DNA from: Epiperipatus broadwayi
Taxonomy: Eukaryota; Animalia; Onychophora
Reading direction: 5' to 3'
Assembly (NCBI GenBank): GCA_028023455.1
Contig: JAQFVV010000004.1
Span: 16,182,001-16,246,000 of the forward strand
Length of the DNA: 64,000 nucleotides
The stretch's first letter is position 1. Every line of letters starts with the position of its first letter. The translations under genes and the position numbers were made by a program. Shown in pieces: positions 38,591 to 52,269 of the stretch. Below the pieces are notes generated by a model. That model was not told where the DNA came from. It ran no database searches and worked only from the letters and a program-made list of their open reading frames with translations.

Positions 38591-39287
38591 GTTAAAAAAT
38601 AACATTACATAAAAAATTCTAGATGGCTGAGCCCTACATACCTAAGTAATTGAATACAGTAAAATAAAATGAAGAGCAAAAGAAATCTATTCTTTAATAT
38701 TTATTATACAAAGCAACAAGAAATAGATTATCTTGTTTGGCATAAATTATTAATTAATTCTGCCAACCAATAGCTAGATATGTTAAAAAAATTTTCTCAT
38801 ATCAAAGTTCTTAGATGTTCTTAAGTTTACTATCATACATTCAAACACATTTAAACTAATCATGCAATAATCAAGTAATAAAAACAATTGAATGATTTAT
38901 TTCTCAAAGTTCATTAAAAATTTAAGCCTTGGAAGTGTTTCAGCTGGGTCATGATTTCTGGACTTTGATCTATCTTCTGTCACTCTACCACTGCACCAAA
39001 TAATACAAGAATTTCAATCAAGTATTTGAACATTATTAATATTCAAACACACATTTTGAAATCATCTTTATTATAAATTAAATAGTATGAGAAAAAAATT
39101 AAACTCTTAAAAACTTTACAATCTGTTTTAAATAGTGAAATAATATTTTATGATATGAAGATGTAAATATCTAATAATGAATAACCAATCACTTCATTCA
39201 GTATATGTAAATCAAAATCTAATTTTTAAATTTAGTTTGTCCACATAATGAATAAATAAATGTTTAAATGACAATTATGTGTGTATG

Positions 39288-39666
39288 TTATTAAAACAGG
39301 CAAAACTCTCCATACAGTAGTGCCACTCAGTGCAATCCAGAGTAATCAATGGATGCCAGAAGGCTTGTACATAAAATCTCTATCTAGTACCTACTCATCT
39401 AATATCCTCAGACTAGTTTCTAGATTGTAGCTTTCAGCAGTGAGGAGTCTTGGATCTGAGAGTGCTGCACTTAGATCTTAGGATCTAATGCAACCCACCA
39501 GCAACCATCTTTTATCTCAACTACAAAACTGTGAGAACAAAATTGAAAACACCATAATATTTTCAATCCAAGCTCATTAGCTTATATAATCATATAGGTC
39601 TTAACTCAGTTCAGTACCCATTCATTTTGGTGTCTTTGGTTTTAACAACCATAGCCACCACTATCT
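39288..39666 (-). mobile_element. Family A single-arm copy
   Basis: Aligns to 21209-21510 and the 21550-21640 spacer; hammerhead at 39405-39447 has CTGCTGA (core mutated); TGTATGT duplication at the flanks. Confidence 0.88.
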
Positions 39667-40999
39667 TGTATGTAAAAGGTTAAACTGTGTTTATATGTAA
39701 AAACGCATAAGTATGAATTATATAATTATAGGTAACTTCAAAATTTACTATAATAAGCACAAGAGCGCATTAATACATTTTTCTTATTTTGCTCGTGAAC
39801 TATTCTTACGGTACTTAGAAAATAGTTCTGAATTTTGATTGTAATCAGATCTTTAGACTGCTGAAAGCCTGAATGCTAGCTTTAAATCTAAAATGCATAT
39901 ATTACAACAGATCATCAACACACACCTATTAAAAATAAATTTATGCTTATATATATAAGCACTGTATACATATTTACACGAACATACATAATAAAAATTC
40001 TATAATAATTATGCACTATATAGAGAGAGACAGAAAAAGAGAACAGTAAATTATAGTTGTTTTTTCTATTTAATTTAATGTAAACTTTTATTTATTTTTT
40101 TTTTAAAAAAAAAAGTTGATAGTTTTGATAATTGTCTTTTTTTCACTCACTATTATTATTTTTTTAAACGATTTAATTCAAAGTTTGAAAACAGTCCAAT
40201 GGGATTACATGTTTTAAAAATTGCTATTTCTGCTATCTTTCTTGTTATCACTCTCTATCTATTTACTAAGTTGCTATTATCAACACCCAGTAAAGTCCAG
40301 ACTAGGCCAACAACTTCCATCTAATTACATGTAAGTGGTATCAGCTTTGGTACCTAGGGAGAGATTTCCAGTTTTAATCTTCAAAGATAGTTTAGATGAG
40401 GTCTTGGCTCTGTGGGTTGCTCTCACCAAGGGTGCAGGCTCAAAGACTGATTGAAAAGACTTCCTGCAGCCTGTCTGGGTCTCCTGCTAATCTTGGTATA
40501 ATCCTTGTTTTGTTTTTAGTCATACTGGAAACAAAGCTGAAGCACAGGTGCTTCCAATATGTAGAAAACCAGGTGCTCTTTTAAAAGGTGTGTGTGCTGA
40601 AGAAAAAAATGTGCACAATTATTGCTAATTTCATGTAAAATTAACTACATGGGATGCCGTGGCTATTGCTAGTTAATAAGAGTTACTGTGTAACTGTCAA
40701 TTCTTAAGTAAATCTCTCCTTAAGATTATATATTTGATTTATTTTAATTATTTCACTCTTTATATATATATATTAAATATACATAACATATTTATATATA
40801 GTTTATAAAGTTAGATTTGCTATTTATTAATCTATGTTTGTTTAGATGGTTATATTTTGGAAATAACTAATTTAAATACATTATATATATATATACTACA
40901 AGCACAGTTTACATAATAAAAAGTTACACTAATTATAAACTCTCAAGAAAAACAAGTATATACACAAACTATAACGTAGCGATTAAAAATATGACCATA

Positions 41000-42070
41000 T
41001 TAAAGACAATTACAAAAATGATAGAAATAGTAGTAAAATGGTTTCTAAGAAGAATACACCACCATCTGATAATAATGAAAGTTTGTAATATTAATGGAAA
41101 AATATATATAATATCCAAAGAAAGATCAAACTATTAATCTAACCTATAAAATTGAAATATAATCTAAAATTGCCGATGAAGCATTTTATGCAGTCATAAT
41201 GAAATGGTTGGAATAGAAAAATACTTGGTAAATGAAACGTCCATGTCTGTAAAGAATAGCAGAAGAAACCTGATCAAAAGTTAGAAATTTGGATCTATAC
41301 TTTGTTATCTTTAGTAATTTTCTGGCTCCTTAAAAATATTGACCAAAATGTGGCCTATATATTATTTGAATCATATGAAGTAGATAATTAATGAGTCAAG
41401 AAAAAAGTAATGGGTGTAGATGATGTTAAATGTTTTGAATCTATGTTAGTGTTAATATTACTAGTGATCTAAACTGGCAAAATAAAATATAATAGAAAAG
41501 AAAAATATCAAAAGATTTGATAGATTTTAATATTTGAAAAGTTATACTTCAGAAAATAACTTAAGAATTGGCTGAACTCAAAAAGTTTTTAATGTCCAAC
41601 GCATAAAAAGTAAATTTGAAGAAGTTTCCATTGGTAATGAAAGCTATGATTGTTTGATCACAACAATCAAATTGATGATGATCCAAAGGTAATTTTTGTT
41701 TTCATATATGGAGCAAAGACGAAAAGAAAGAGATGAAATTAAATAATGGCATTACATTTATCCAGTCTTCTCATAGAAAATAAATTAAAGAAAGATTATG
41801 AAAAAGTGCCTAACATGTGTTACCTAATGTGTAACACTGAACACATGTTTTCAGATAATATAATAGAACTATATAGAAAGAAAAATAACAATATGAATAA
41901 CAGAAGAATCTGGAATCATAGATGGTACATTGTTTTAAAAAATATAACATTATATGAACTTTCTATTGGAATTTGATCAGAATAATTTATAAACTATATC
42001 TGGAGATTCAAAAGATTTAAAATCATGGTGCAAGAAACAATAGGCATGTAAAGATAAATAATTAAAGTCT
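41000..42070 (+). mobile_element. Highly decayed L1/Tx1-like LINE 3' portion
   Basis: ORF 41746 contains MCYLMCNTEHMF...RRIWNHR, resembling the C-terminal zinc-knuckle region (C..C...ET..HLF..C...IW..RN). The rest is heavily eroded. Confidence 0.35.
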
Positions 42071-43949
42071 AAAGAGTGTTTCTCCTCAATTATTTGGCCT
42101 CATTCCTTTTATATAGATGTAAGCATATAAATAATAAATAGAATCATGGGCTCATTAACACAGTATTAAAACGAACTAATATTACTTATAATTTCCTGTT
42201 TTATACAAATTCATACTTTGACAAAATCAAAAAATAATGCAAATGGATTTATAATATATACATTCAAAGATCCCTTATATCATCAGGTAATCATGGCTAA
42301 TCACATTAACCTGCAGTGATATTCATTCACTTTAGAAGAGTAGCAATTATTGCCATATTATCAACAAATCATATACAACGAACTTTTTTCTTCCAGTGAT
42401 AACTATTCTTATCTAAACAATACTTGTTTATCAATGTATTTAAAATAAATATATATAAAAAAAAGCATGTGGCTAATGTAATGTCCCTATCTTCCACCTA
42501 TTTAAACTCATCTGTAAGATGATCATAAATTAAATTATCTTTTTATAAACATCTTCAGCCTCATTTACAAATATCCTAATTCCTTTCCTCTTTTCAAATT
42601 ATTCATCAAAATCTATTTTACCATGTATATATAATAAATTCTCTGCCTAATTATAAATATCATAAGTAGACAGTAGAGTACAAGTACCAGATGGTACTAT
42701 TTCATCATCATTGGGGATAAAAAGTCATAGCTTGTTGCACCTTAGCATCATTTATTCTAATATTTTGCTTTTAGAATTTTAAAATCCTTATATCATTTTG
42801 ATGCACATTTCACAGTACTAATAACACTTTATGACCAATGAAACAAATATATGTTTCAATAATGTTTATTATCTTTTTAATTTTTCTGATTCAGTGCTGT
42901 TCTTCAAATACAAATCATCTCTTTAAGTTTATTAATATTTTGGATGTAATAATGATTAAAATCTGTGTTAAAGCCCTCATAGTTTATTGCAGTAAATAAA
43001 GGAATAAGATTGTTATTTATCTGTATTATGAAAGCTGCATAGTTTGTTTGAACCAAATCTATTCATAAATTAACTGATAATTAGAAAATTATAATATTTT
43101 CATCCATAAGAACAACTGCTGTTCTGAAGGAACAATTTATTAACCAATGTTTTAAATGTAATCCCAATAGGATATTTCATGGATTAAAGGTTTTCTTTAT
43201 TTAAATGATTTAGTAATTATATGAAAATTAAACAAATTATCAACATCATTCATGATATTATCTTTTAAAGTCATTAATATTATGTTAAGATTTGTAGAGG
43301 TCCCTACTGTCACACCAAGGCACATAGTCATAAGATTATAACCTTAAATAAATTTATTACCATATTTCCACATAAGGGTTTTATGGTGTATTGATTGCAT
43401 ATCCAGCTACAAGATGGATTCAAATTCCAGCTGGATTAACATGAACTTATTTTTTCAGAGTATAATGATGCCTAGGATTTTTCTTTCAGACAGCTTCCAT
43501 AACCAGTCCAGTTATACATCCAAAATTGGTTGGAAATGAGTATGTAGCTATTTTTAGCAAGAATGCAAAACAATAATAAAAAACATTCAAATCATCATGC
43601 AGCAATAGGTAAGTTCTAATGTGTAGGGACTTTTGCATAATTATTGTTTATTTTATAAGGACTTGTTATAGAAACCTTTGCTTTCAGTGGTCTGTGTAAA
43701 TTAGACTGTTTAGATTCTTCCTTTTTTAAAAAAATCAGCAGGATTTTAACATATTCTTCAAATTTTCAATTTAATCCTTCATTTTTTTTTTTTGCTAATT
43801 GCAGTTACAATGACTGAAGCTTTTAATTTATTTATATCATTGTTTTTTTTTCTTTACTTTTCATTAAAAATTACTTTTTAAAAAGTTGTATTATTGAAGA
43901 TATATTCTAAACAATGATAAGTATGAACTGTGTTTGCTATGTACTATTT

Positions 43950-44401
43950 AAAAAAATTGTTATTATAGTTTTTACTTATGGATCTGAGACTCGGACATTT
44001 AATAGAAAAGCAATACAGGGACTTCAGGCCACTCAAAGAAGTATGAAGAGATGCATGTTGGATGTAACAAGAAGAGATCAAAACTGCAATATATGGGTAA
44101 GAGAACAAACAGGTGTTACTGACCTCACTGAAAAGATTAAAAGACTGAAGTGGAGTTGGGCTGGACATATTACTAGAAAAGATGATAATAGATGGACAAT
44201 TAAAATCTTAAACTGAATTCCAAGAGATTGTAAAAGACTCAGAAATAGACCACATGTGAGATGGATGGATGAAATAAGAAAGTATGCAAGGGTGATGTGG
44301 AGAAGAGAAGCTAAAGATCGGAAAAGATGGATTGAACTTGGAGAGACCGTCTTCCTGCAGTGGTGGATTGATAATGTTTGATGATAGTGATGATGATGAT
44401 A
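43950..44401 (+). mobile_element. RTE-clade LINE 3' fragment
   Basis: VFTYGSETRTFNRKAIQGLQATQRSMKRCMLDVTRRD...KWSWAGHITRKDDNRWT, then a (GAT)n tail. Confidence 0.92.
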
Positions 44402-46274
44402 GTTTGAATCATGATAATATTTTAAAATTATAATCTGAATTTTATAAATAAAATGTAAATAGAATTATTGCATTGTTTTATATTATTATTATTTTTGAAA
44501 AATTGTCTTCTAAAAGTAAAAGAGTAATTCAATAAAAGATATTTTCATTATAGTTTTAAAAATATTACCTCCAAGCTGTAAAATTGATTAAATAAAAATG
44601 TATATAGTTTTATAATTAAGGATGACTTTAAAAAAAGAAAGAATGCAGTTAGAATACAATTCAGCTCATTGTAGTTGGCAGTTTCAGACAAAATTATGAG
44701 AAACTCTTAACTTTCATTACATAATATTTATTTAAAAAATCAAAGGCTGTGCAGAAAACAAATAAATATGTAAATACATTTAAGTAAATATTTGTGAATT
44801 AATTAGCCTAAATGATATAAGAAGCATGTTTTTATTTTGACTTTAAACTACTTTTATGTAAAAAATAATAATAAAGGCACATAATTCTGGAATGATTACA
44901 AATTTAATAAAATATTATTTCTAAGCATTGCTTTCAACCAGGTCAGTCATATTCATAAAACTACTGTAAGTTTATATAAGTGGAATTTATAATTTAATAA
45001 TTTATGTATCATTTACATGATAATGCAATGCATGAATCTTTCTTCTTAAACAATGTTATTTTTAATAAACCATTTCTCTTTATATTTTCTTTTTCTACCA
45101 TTGTGCTCAGTGCAAATGACTTTAATATTATGAGGATTGAAATTGTGATCAGACTTCATTTCATGTTCTAAAAATATTGATTTAATATTAGGGTCTGTTT
45201 TAGAACATTTATATATATATTTGTGTTATGCTAATTAATGCAATAAACAAGAAAGACTTGTGCATTGCATTATCACAAATGGTATATATAAATTATTAAC
45301 TTATAAATTCTATTTATACAAACTTATAGTAGTTCTATGAATATGACCGACCAGGTCAAAAACAATGCTTAGAAATAACATTTTATTAAATTTATAATCT
45401 TTCCAGAATAGTGTATTTTTATTATTATTTTTTATATATATTCAAATTAAAGAAAAAAATATTTGATTGAGTTATATTTTTATTTTTGCTTATAAATTTT
45501 TTTTTCAGTTGCTTTAGTATAAAGCAAAATTAAAACAGCTGATGTGAAGTTTGCAATAGTTTTTAAATGTATATTTTACCAAGAAAAAAAAAGTGGAAAC
45601 TAATCAATAAATTTTTATTTATTTATTTATTTTGATAACATAAAAGAAAATCTACAAAATTCATTTACATACGATATATAAATTATGAATTAAATATAAT
45701 AATTGTAAACTTTAATTATTTGAGAGATTATATAGTGTTTAGTAACCAATGATAAATCAAACATGATTATTCTATTCAATTTAAAAAAATAATTTTTTAA
45801 AATAATAATTAATTGAGAATCAATCCAGAAACCTTTAGCTTTTGATTCTAACACAAAGAACAGTATATATATATATCACCTTTAATATTTAAATTTCCAA
45901 AAGTACACAAATGCTTTCAAAGAAATGTAAGAGATGGACAAGAGAGTAAGTATATTGTTAATTATTATAAAAATGTTCAAAAATCATGTGTGAGATTAAT
46001 GATATTGCATATATACTTTATTTATAACCATACCCCAAAAAATTCACCACTGACTAACTTATAACAAATTTTTGATGAACTGAAATATGCTTTGATATTA
46101 TAGAAACATTAATTACAGAATATAGAATTTCTCTTCTTGCCCTTATTTTTATAAATATGTTCAAGTGAATAACAAATAAAGATGCATACATATGTAAATG
46201 TATTATTTATTTTTGTAAGCATTGTATATTAGTAACAAATAATCTATGGCAGTTGTTACTATAATATTCTGCAG

Positions 46275-46670
46275 ATAGATCAGGAAAAAGCTTTACAAGT
46301 AAGAAAACATTTTAAGTAATGAACAATGATGTATTTTCTTTAAGTTTATAACTTTAGAAATTTAATTCGTTTAGCAAAAGATTTTATTGTAAAAAGATAA
46401 TCACATCATATGATCTTTCACAAGATTTCATTGTATGTCAATGAATTTATTATTGCATATTTTAACAAATAAAAAAATTTTTAAAATTATTTTAAAATGA
46501 GATTTTATATTAAACAAACAATTAAAATAATATTAGATAAAATTTTCTTTTGATAGGAATATAAGTTCAGATGCTTGACCTTTATTTTATCTGGAATTCA
46601 TTACCCTTCAGATGGAAATTTTGCAATTGGAGGGAATTATCTGTTGATGGATGAATACCAAGATGCCTAA
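46275..46670 (+). other. Candidate 24-nt microexon (46275-46298) and downstream terminal exon (46612-46670) of an unidentified gene
   Basis: ttctgcag|ATAGATCAGGAAAAAGCTTTACAA|gtaaga and acccttcag|ATGGAAAT...; when joined they are open as xRSGKSFTNGNFAIGGNYLLMDEYQDA* or IDQEKALQMEILQLEGIIC*. Splice signals only. Confidence 0.2.
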
Positions 46671-49152
46671 TGGACACATCAATATCAACTGATGCATTAG
46701 TTGTAGTTCTTTATATGGGATAGTTATAATAATTTTACTATTTTTTTTAAGTTGAATATTTACCCACAACTGCAAAAATGGCCATATTTAACAAACTTAA
46801 GAAATATAGGAATGATGGTATTGACATCTACTCATCTGATATCTATCAACACTTTATTCTATTAATTTCAGTCCAATATGGGAAACTAATCAGAATTGCA
46901 GATTGTGAATGAATTCTTTAAATATTTATAATACCAGAAAAATCCATATTTGATTGACAAAATATCATTAAAATAGACTTATGTAGAATTTTTCATATGT
47001 AATAAGCCTTGTCTCTGGTATAATAAACATTTTTATCATGAATTTCTTTATTATACTTTTAGCTAATTTACTTTTTGTTTTATTTTGGCATTCCATAAGA
47101 ATAAGGAATCATCTTAGAGAAACCATTGTTGTGTATTTTATAGTATCATTGATATTCAAAGCATGTTGTATTAATATTTATTGGTTATATTTTTATTTAG
47201 TACATTCAGTTAAGCGGATGTTGATGAATTGAAAGACATGTTCTTTAAAATTTCTCCAGAAATCATTAAGTTTGGCAAAAAAAATTTAATGAGGACTGAA
47301 ATCAAGATTTTAACTCTCAGAAAGATTATTACCGATTATATCTTAAGTCAGTCTTTTAGATTAATGGCATCATTGAAATTTCTTTCTTAAAATATGTTAA
47401 TGGAGATTTTTAATTAATTTATTTGATTCATGTTTGTGTTTAAATTAAGAATATTGCTCTTTTTAGCAGCGTATGATTTTTTCCTCTTTGCAATTTTGTG
47501 AAGTATTCTTGCTGCAAGGTAAATATGATTTTTATATTATTATTTCAAGAAATCTTTTATTTTGCAGTTTCTGGTAGATTATATTGCTGTTTTATATATA
47601 GTTCTGTTATGCCATGACTGATTGTGTAACAGTTACGAAGAGAGCATTCTGTGATCATTATTGTCAATTGTTTCATTAAAACTTAAGGTGATTTAATTAT
47701 TTACTTTCAGTTAAACCTATTTGAATTCATTATATTTTTTATTTCTTTATAAGCTAAGCAATCATTTTCATAATCCAAATTACAAAGTCAATCTCAGTTT
47801 TAGCTTTCATTTTGTTATTTGATAAATTACATTTTTTTTTCATTATAGGTCTTTAGCATTGCATTAATAATTTTAATATTTGATTAAAGAAAAAAAAATC
47901 TAATTTTTTTCTTACATAGCAGAATATTATATTGCAAGAATCTGCTTTTTACCATATTTACCATATTTATGTCTCTTTAATGTTGGCAAATAAAAAGAAT
48001 TAATTATATATATGTTTTTTTGCCTAAAGCATATTTAATGTAAAGGGAGTAGAATTTTATGATTAAGTAAATTACCATGTAGAAACAAATGATAATCAAA
48101 GTTTGTTAGCAAAATCTATGTGTAGTGAGAGAGTGCCGTCTGAATTTCTAATGTGGAGGATGGTTACCATGTGGTGATAAAGTGAGGGTAACTGGCAAAT
48201 TAAAAAAATTGATGCTACAACATGGTTAAATTTTTAAAAAGCAGATAATTTTTATATGTTATAATGTTTAAATACAATTTTATTTGATCTAAAACTTTTA
48301 ATAATCTATTCCAGTTTTAACTTTTGAAATTTAAATTGTTATGGTTTTACTTTATATGAAAACTATTTATTGCAGACAAAATTTTCAATTGTTTTTTTCA
48401 TTAGAAAAACTTTCATGCTTTATATATAAGTAGAAACTTATATGTATATCAAATATTATTATTCTGAATTCAACAATTTTATTTATCACTTTTAAGTCGG
48501 TTATTATGATGTCACAAAAATTTACATATTTCCATCATTGAATTAAATCTATTTGTTTATATCTATTTGAATATCTATAATGGATATTGAAATGGTAAAA
48601 ATTTATTTCAAAACAAATGAGTTGTCATCTGATCCTTCGTGTCAGCCGCTAGAGGTGCGATTTCTAGCTAAATTTCTAGAAATATGCCGTTTCCGCGGCC
48701 GCACCCAAGCCTTTAAGCATTTTTTCTAAAATAAATCCTAGAAAGATTGTTAACTCAGAGTTAAGTCTTCTTTCTACAATAAAATCTAGAAAGAATGTTA
48801 ACTCGGCTTAGAGGCTAATGGTGTGGCTTTTTCCGATGCTAAAAGCAGAGGAAAATGCCGTAGTTGTTTGTGTCATGCACTATATTGTAATGCTGTGTTA
48901 TGTATTTGATGTAACAATATTGTACGAGGGTGTGTTAATTTGATCGTGTCAAAATTATTTAAATTTTCATCGGTGCCTTTTTTTTTAAGACGAATTGGTG
49001 TACTGTTACATTTTAACAATTTTAACAGTATCATGATTGTTCCTCATAAATTTGTATTCCTCCTAAATTTTCGATTACGGTGGGTTAGCGTAATATTTTA
49101 AAGATCATGCTTTGAGTCGCGTTTTAGCGAGAAATTTTCCGAGACAAGAAGT

Positions 49153-49485
49153 ATGGCAAATTCGAAAACAGAAAATATGAAAATATGGGAATTGCCAGAC
49201 ACAGAAGCCAGTGCTGTAACATTTCTACAGCAGAAAAACATCCTGCTGAAAGAAAAAAAGATGTTTGTGTGGCGAATGTATGAGGTCCATAAAGATCTTT
49301 GGACTTTCATTTGTAAGTCTCGTTCTTGCCGAAAGAAATGTGCACTTCAAAAAGGCAGCTGGTTTGAGGGATTTCAAATGCCGTTCGTCAAGTCTTTACA
49401 TTGGCTGCATTACTGGAGCCATGATGAATTGACCATACAGCATGCCATTAATGATATTGAAATGTCTACCAGTAAATATTATTAA
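49153..49485 (+). pseudogene. Truncated Merlin transposase (N-terminal ~110 aa, no DDE domain)
   Basis: IWELPDTEASAVTFLQQKNIL...FICKSRSCRKKCALQKGSWFEG..MPF..LHWLHYWSHDE..I....EMS matches the N-terminal pattern of Merlin transposases; it ends before the catalytic residues. Confidence 0.8.
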
Positions 49486-49499
49486 CCAAATTGATAAAT

Positions 49500-50800
49500 A
49501 AAGTAACATAACATACACACACAATAATTGTTGTTAAAAAAATGTAAATTATTATTTAAAAATACACAAAAACGCCCTCCCACTAATTGTTGTCAGTGAA
49601 ATGTAAACAAATTAAGGTAACGAAAATTATTATTTAAAGATCCATAAAAAAAAAACCCCCGTTGTTTGTTTAATTTTGTCACTTAAATTTTTAAAAACAG
49701 TATTACTATTTAAACACAACCCAAATTACTATTTAAACATACACTAAAAAAGATCCGTTCTTGTCAATAATAATAAAATTAAGAACTATTATTGTCCCAT
49801 TGTCAAAAATATTAGGTTTTTGGGAAACCAAAACAATAATTTATAAACGAAAAAAAGTCAATCGGTTGTCAATCAAATGTAATAAATAAAAGTAACTGAA
49901 AAAAAAACAATCCCTTTCTCCAAATTATTGTTGTCGGCAATCAAATGTAAAATAAAAGAAAGGTAAATTAGTATTTAATCATCATCCAAAAACACACACT
50001 CCTCTCACTAATTATTGTCAGCAATCAAATGTACACCACCACTAAAAGTAATGTAAACTACTATTCTTTAAACAGTTACACCCCTTTCCCCAATAATTGT
50101 TGTCTACAATCGTACATACAAAAAAACACCCCTCCCAATAATTAGTATCGGCAATCAAATGTAAACCAATCAAAGTAAGACTGCAACTTAAAACTACTAT
50201 TCTTTAAACGGTTAACCCACCCCTTCACCCAATAATTGTTGTCTACAACCATACACAAAAAACACCCCTTCCAATAATTAGTGTCAATCAAATGTAAACC
50301 AATCAAAGTAAGATGGTAACTTATTATTTAAACGTAACCCAAATTACTATTTGAAACTACACCGAAAAACAACCTTTTGTCAATAAAAATTAAACAAACA
50401 ACAACTATTATTGTCCCATTGTCAAAAATATTTATTCATAGAAACAAAAATCATAATTTATAAATGAAAGGAAGTCATATCGGTCGTCAATCAAATGTAA
50501 ACCGATAAAAGTAACGGTTTTAATTTTTATTTAAACATACACACACGCGCGAAAAAAAAAAAACAACACTTCTCCCAATAATTGTTGTCGGCAATCAAAT
50601 GGAAACCTATCAAAGTAACGTCAATTATTATTTAAAGATCCATCCAAAAAAAATCCATTCTCTCTTAAATTTCGGCAATCCAATTTTACAAAAACAGTAA
50701 TACTATTTAAAAAAAAAACACAAATTAGTATTTGAACACACACCAAAAAAGACCCTCTTGTCAATAAAAATTAAAAACAACTATTATCATACCATTATAA
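49500..50800 (+). repeat. Complex internal repeat array of the Merlin element
   Basis: CAATAATT(G/A)TTGTC(G)GCAATCAAATGTAAA-like motif about 10 times; ~136-bp tandem pair (50055-50330); longer block repeated at about 49722, 50341 and 50722. Confidence 0.85.
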
Positions 50801-51772
50801 ACTTTGTAAACAAACAAACAAAAAAAAACACATCAATATTAATAGAGAATTGCTGGCTCGGAAAAGTTATATTTATGTGTTTTTGATTAGAAATTGTGCC
50901 TCTAGCGGCTGACGTGAAGGATCAGATGACAACCAACAAATGAAAACAAACACATTCATCTGAATGCATGCTTAAAGATCATATTTTATTTTATTTTTTA
51001 CTTAATCTACTTTAAGCAAAATTATGTTTAGTTATCTTCATTTAGAATTGTTTAATCTTTTTTTAAATTACTCTTTTTAAAGCAAGTACAGGAATACTCT
51101 TATTAAATTTTAAAACAACAAGACTTTCTGTCATATTAAAGAGAAAATTGCCAAAAATGTTTAAGATTTATTTATTACATAATTTAAATTTTTTTTTAAT
51201 CATGTAAGTAATCTGTATCAAAACAAAAATGAAAAGTATATACATTACCTTTGATAACTACAATTTACTTACCTAATTTTTATTTAATAGTTTCATAATA
51301 AAAGAAATGCAAAACAACTTGGTTTTCCATACAAAATATAAATACTCTTGCTAAAATAAAAATAATGTTTTATCATTACAAAAAACTTTATTCCTACAGT
51401 AAAGTACACCAAATACAAATGAAAATATATATTGTTAGTTAAAATAAGTGTTTTTAATTTGCTTTATTTTTGTTTAAATGTGATCATCAAAATAATAGAA
51501 AATAATAATTACATTAAATTTTTTGATGAAATTTTAATTTTGAAGTAAAAATTTAAAAAAATAATAATTAGGTAATTGTAAAAATACATTGATCATGTTA
51601 TACATAAATTGCATAGAAATAAATTGTTAACATTGAAAAAAAAAATTTAATCTAAAAATTCAATAATCTATTTTTTTTTTTTTTGCAAATGCAATCAATT
51701 TTTTAAAATTTATTAAGTTATTACAGAAATGTATATTAACTTCTTTACTTAGTCAACAACAACAAAAAAATC

Positions 51773-52269
51773 GGTCATATCACATGACTCAATTTTTAAG
51801 CATAAAAAATAAAGAGCTCTGCTAATTTGCTCTAACAAGTTTTATTGATAAATGCTAGCTAAACAAAGTATTTAAAAATCTCTATCTTGAAAACCAATCC
51901 TTAGCCTCAGACCAATGATTTCATGCTTTGGCACTCCTCAGTGAGGTGCTTAATGCTATTAATATATGGTTTGGCTGAAGATCTCTCAGCCCCATATAGC
52001 TATTTAAGTTAGATAGCTGAGTTTGAAGACATTAAGATGTCTAAAAATTTCAGATTTTCCTCTTAATAGTTATAAATGCTGGCTTTGGCTTGGTATTTTT
52101 GACTCTAGTGTCTGAAACTGTACTAACACCTCACCAAAGAGTACCAAAGCATGAAACCATTGGTCTGAGGCTAAGAAGTGCTTTTCAAGATAGATATTTT
52201 TAAAAACTTTGTTTAGCTGGCATTTATCAATAAAGCTTGTTAAAGCAAATTAGAAAAACTCTTTATTTT
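51773..52269. mobile_element. Family C fold-back hammerhead element (homologous to family B)
   Basis: Inverted arms 51805-51949 and 52126-52269; the spacer aligns to family B (GCTATTTAAGTTAGATAGCTG..TTTGAAGACAT..GATGTCT.AAAATTTCAGATTTT). Confidence 0.88.
51905..51946 (-). ncRNA. Type I hammerhead ribozyme motif (family C), core intact
   Basis: CCTCA-CTGAGGA-GTGC-CAAA-GCAT-GAAA-TCATTGG-TC-TGAGG; the copy at 52129-52170 has a mutated core but stem III ACCATTGGT. Confidence 0.85.

Larger units (their letters stand above)
48620..50933 (+). mobile_element. Non-autonomous Merlin (IS1595/ISXO2-like) DNA transposon
   Basis: ~47-bp TIRs (A/G)GTTGTCATCTGATCCTTC..GTCAGCCGCTAGAGG...ATTTCTA; 8-bp TSD AACAAATG (48612-19, 50934-41); CpGs largely retained. 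Confidence 0.92.

Noticed and set aside
40336-40344. TGGTATCAG as an LTR retrotransposon primer-binding site
   Set aside because: Only a 9-nt match, with no adjacent LTR end, second LTR or gag/pol motifs.
42070-43450. Minus-strand L1-like endonuclease relic forming a twin-priming inversion with 41.0-42.07 kb
   Set aside because: Motifs are too eroded to call, and the tail-to-tail geometry is not that expected from twin priming.
49500-50800. Repeat array as a CRISPR-like locus
   Set aside because: Units are degenerate, irregularly spaced, lack unique spacers, and lie inside a eukaryotic Merlin transposon.
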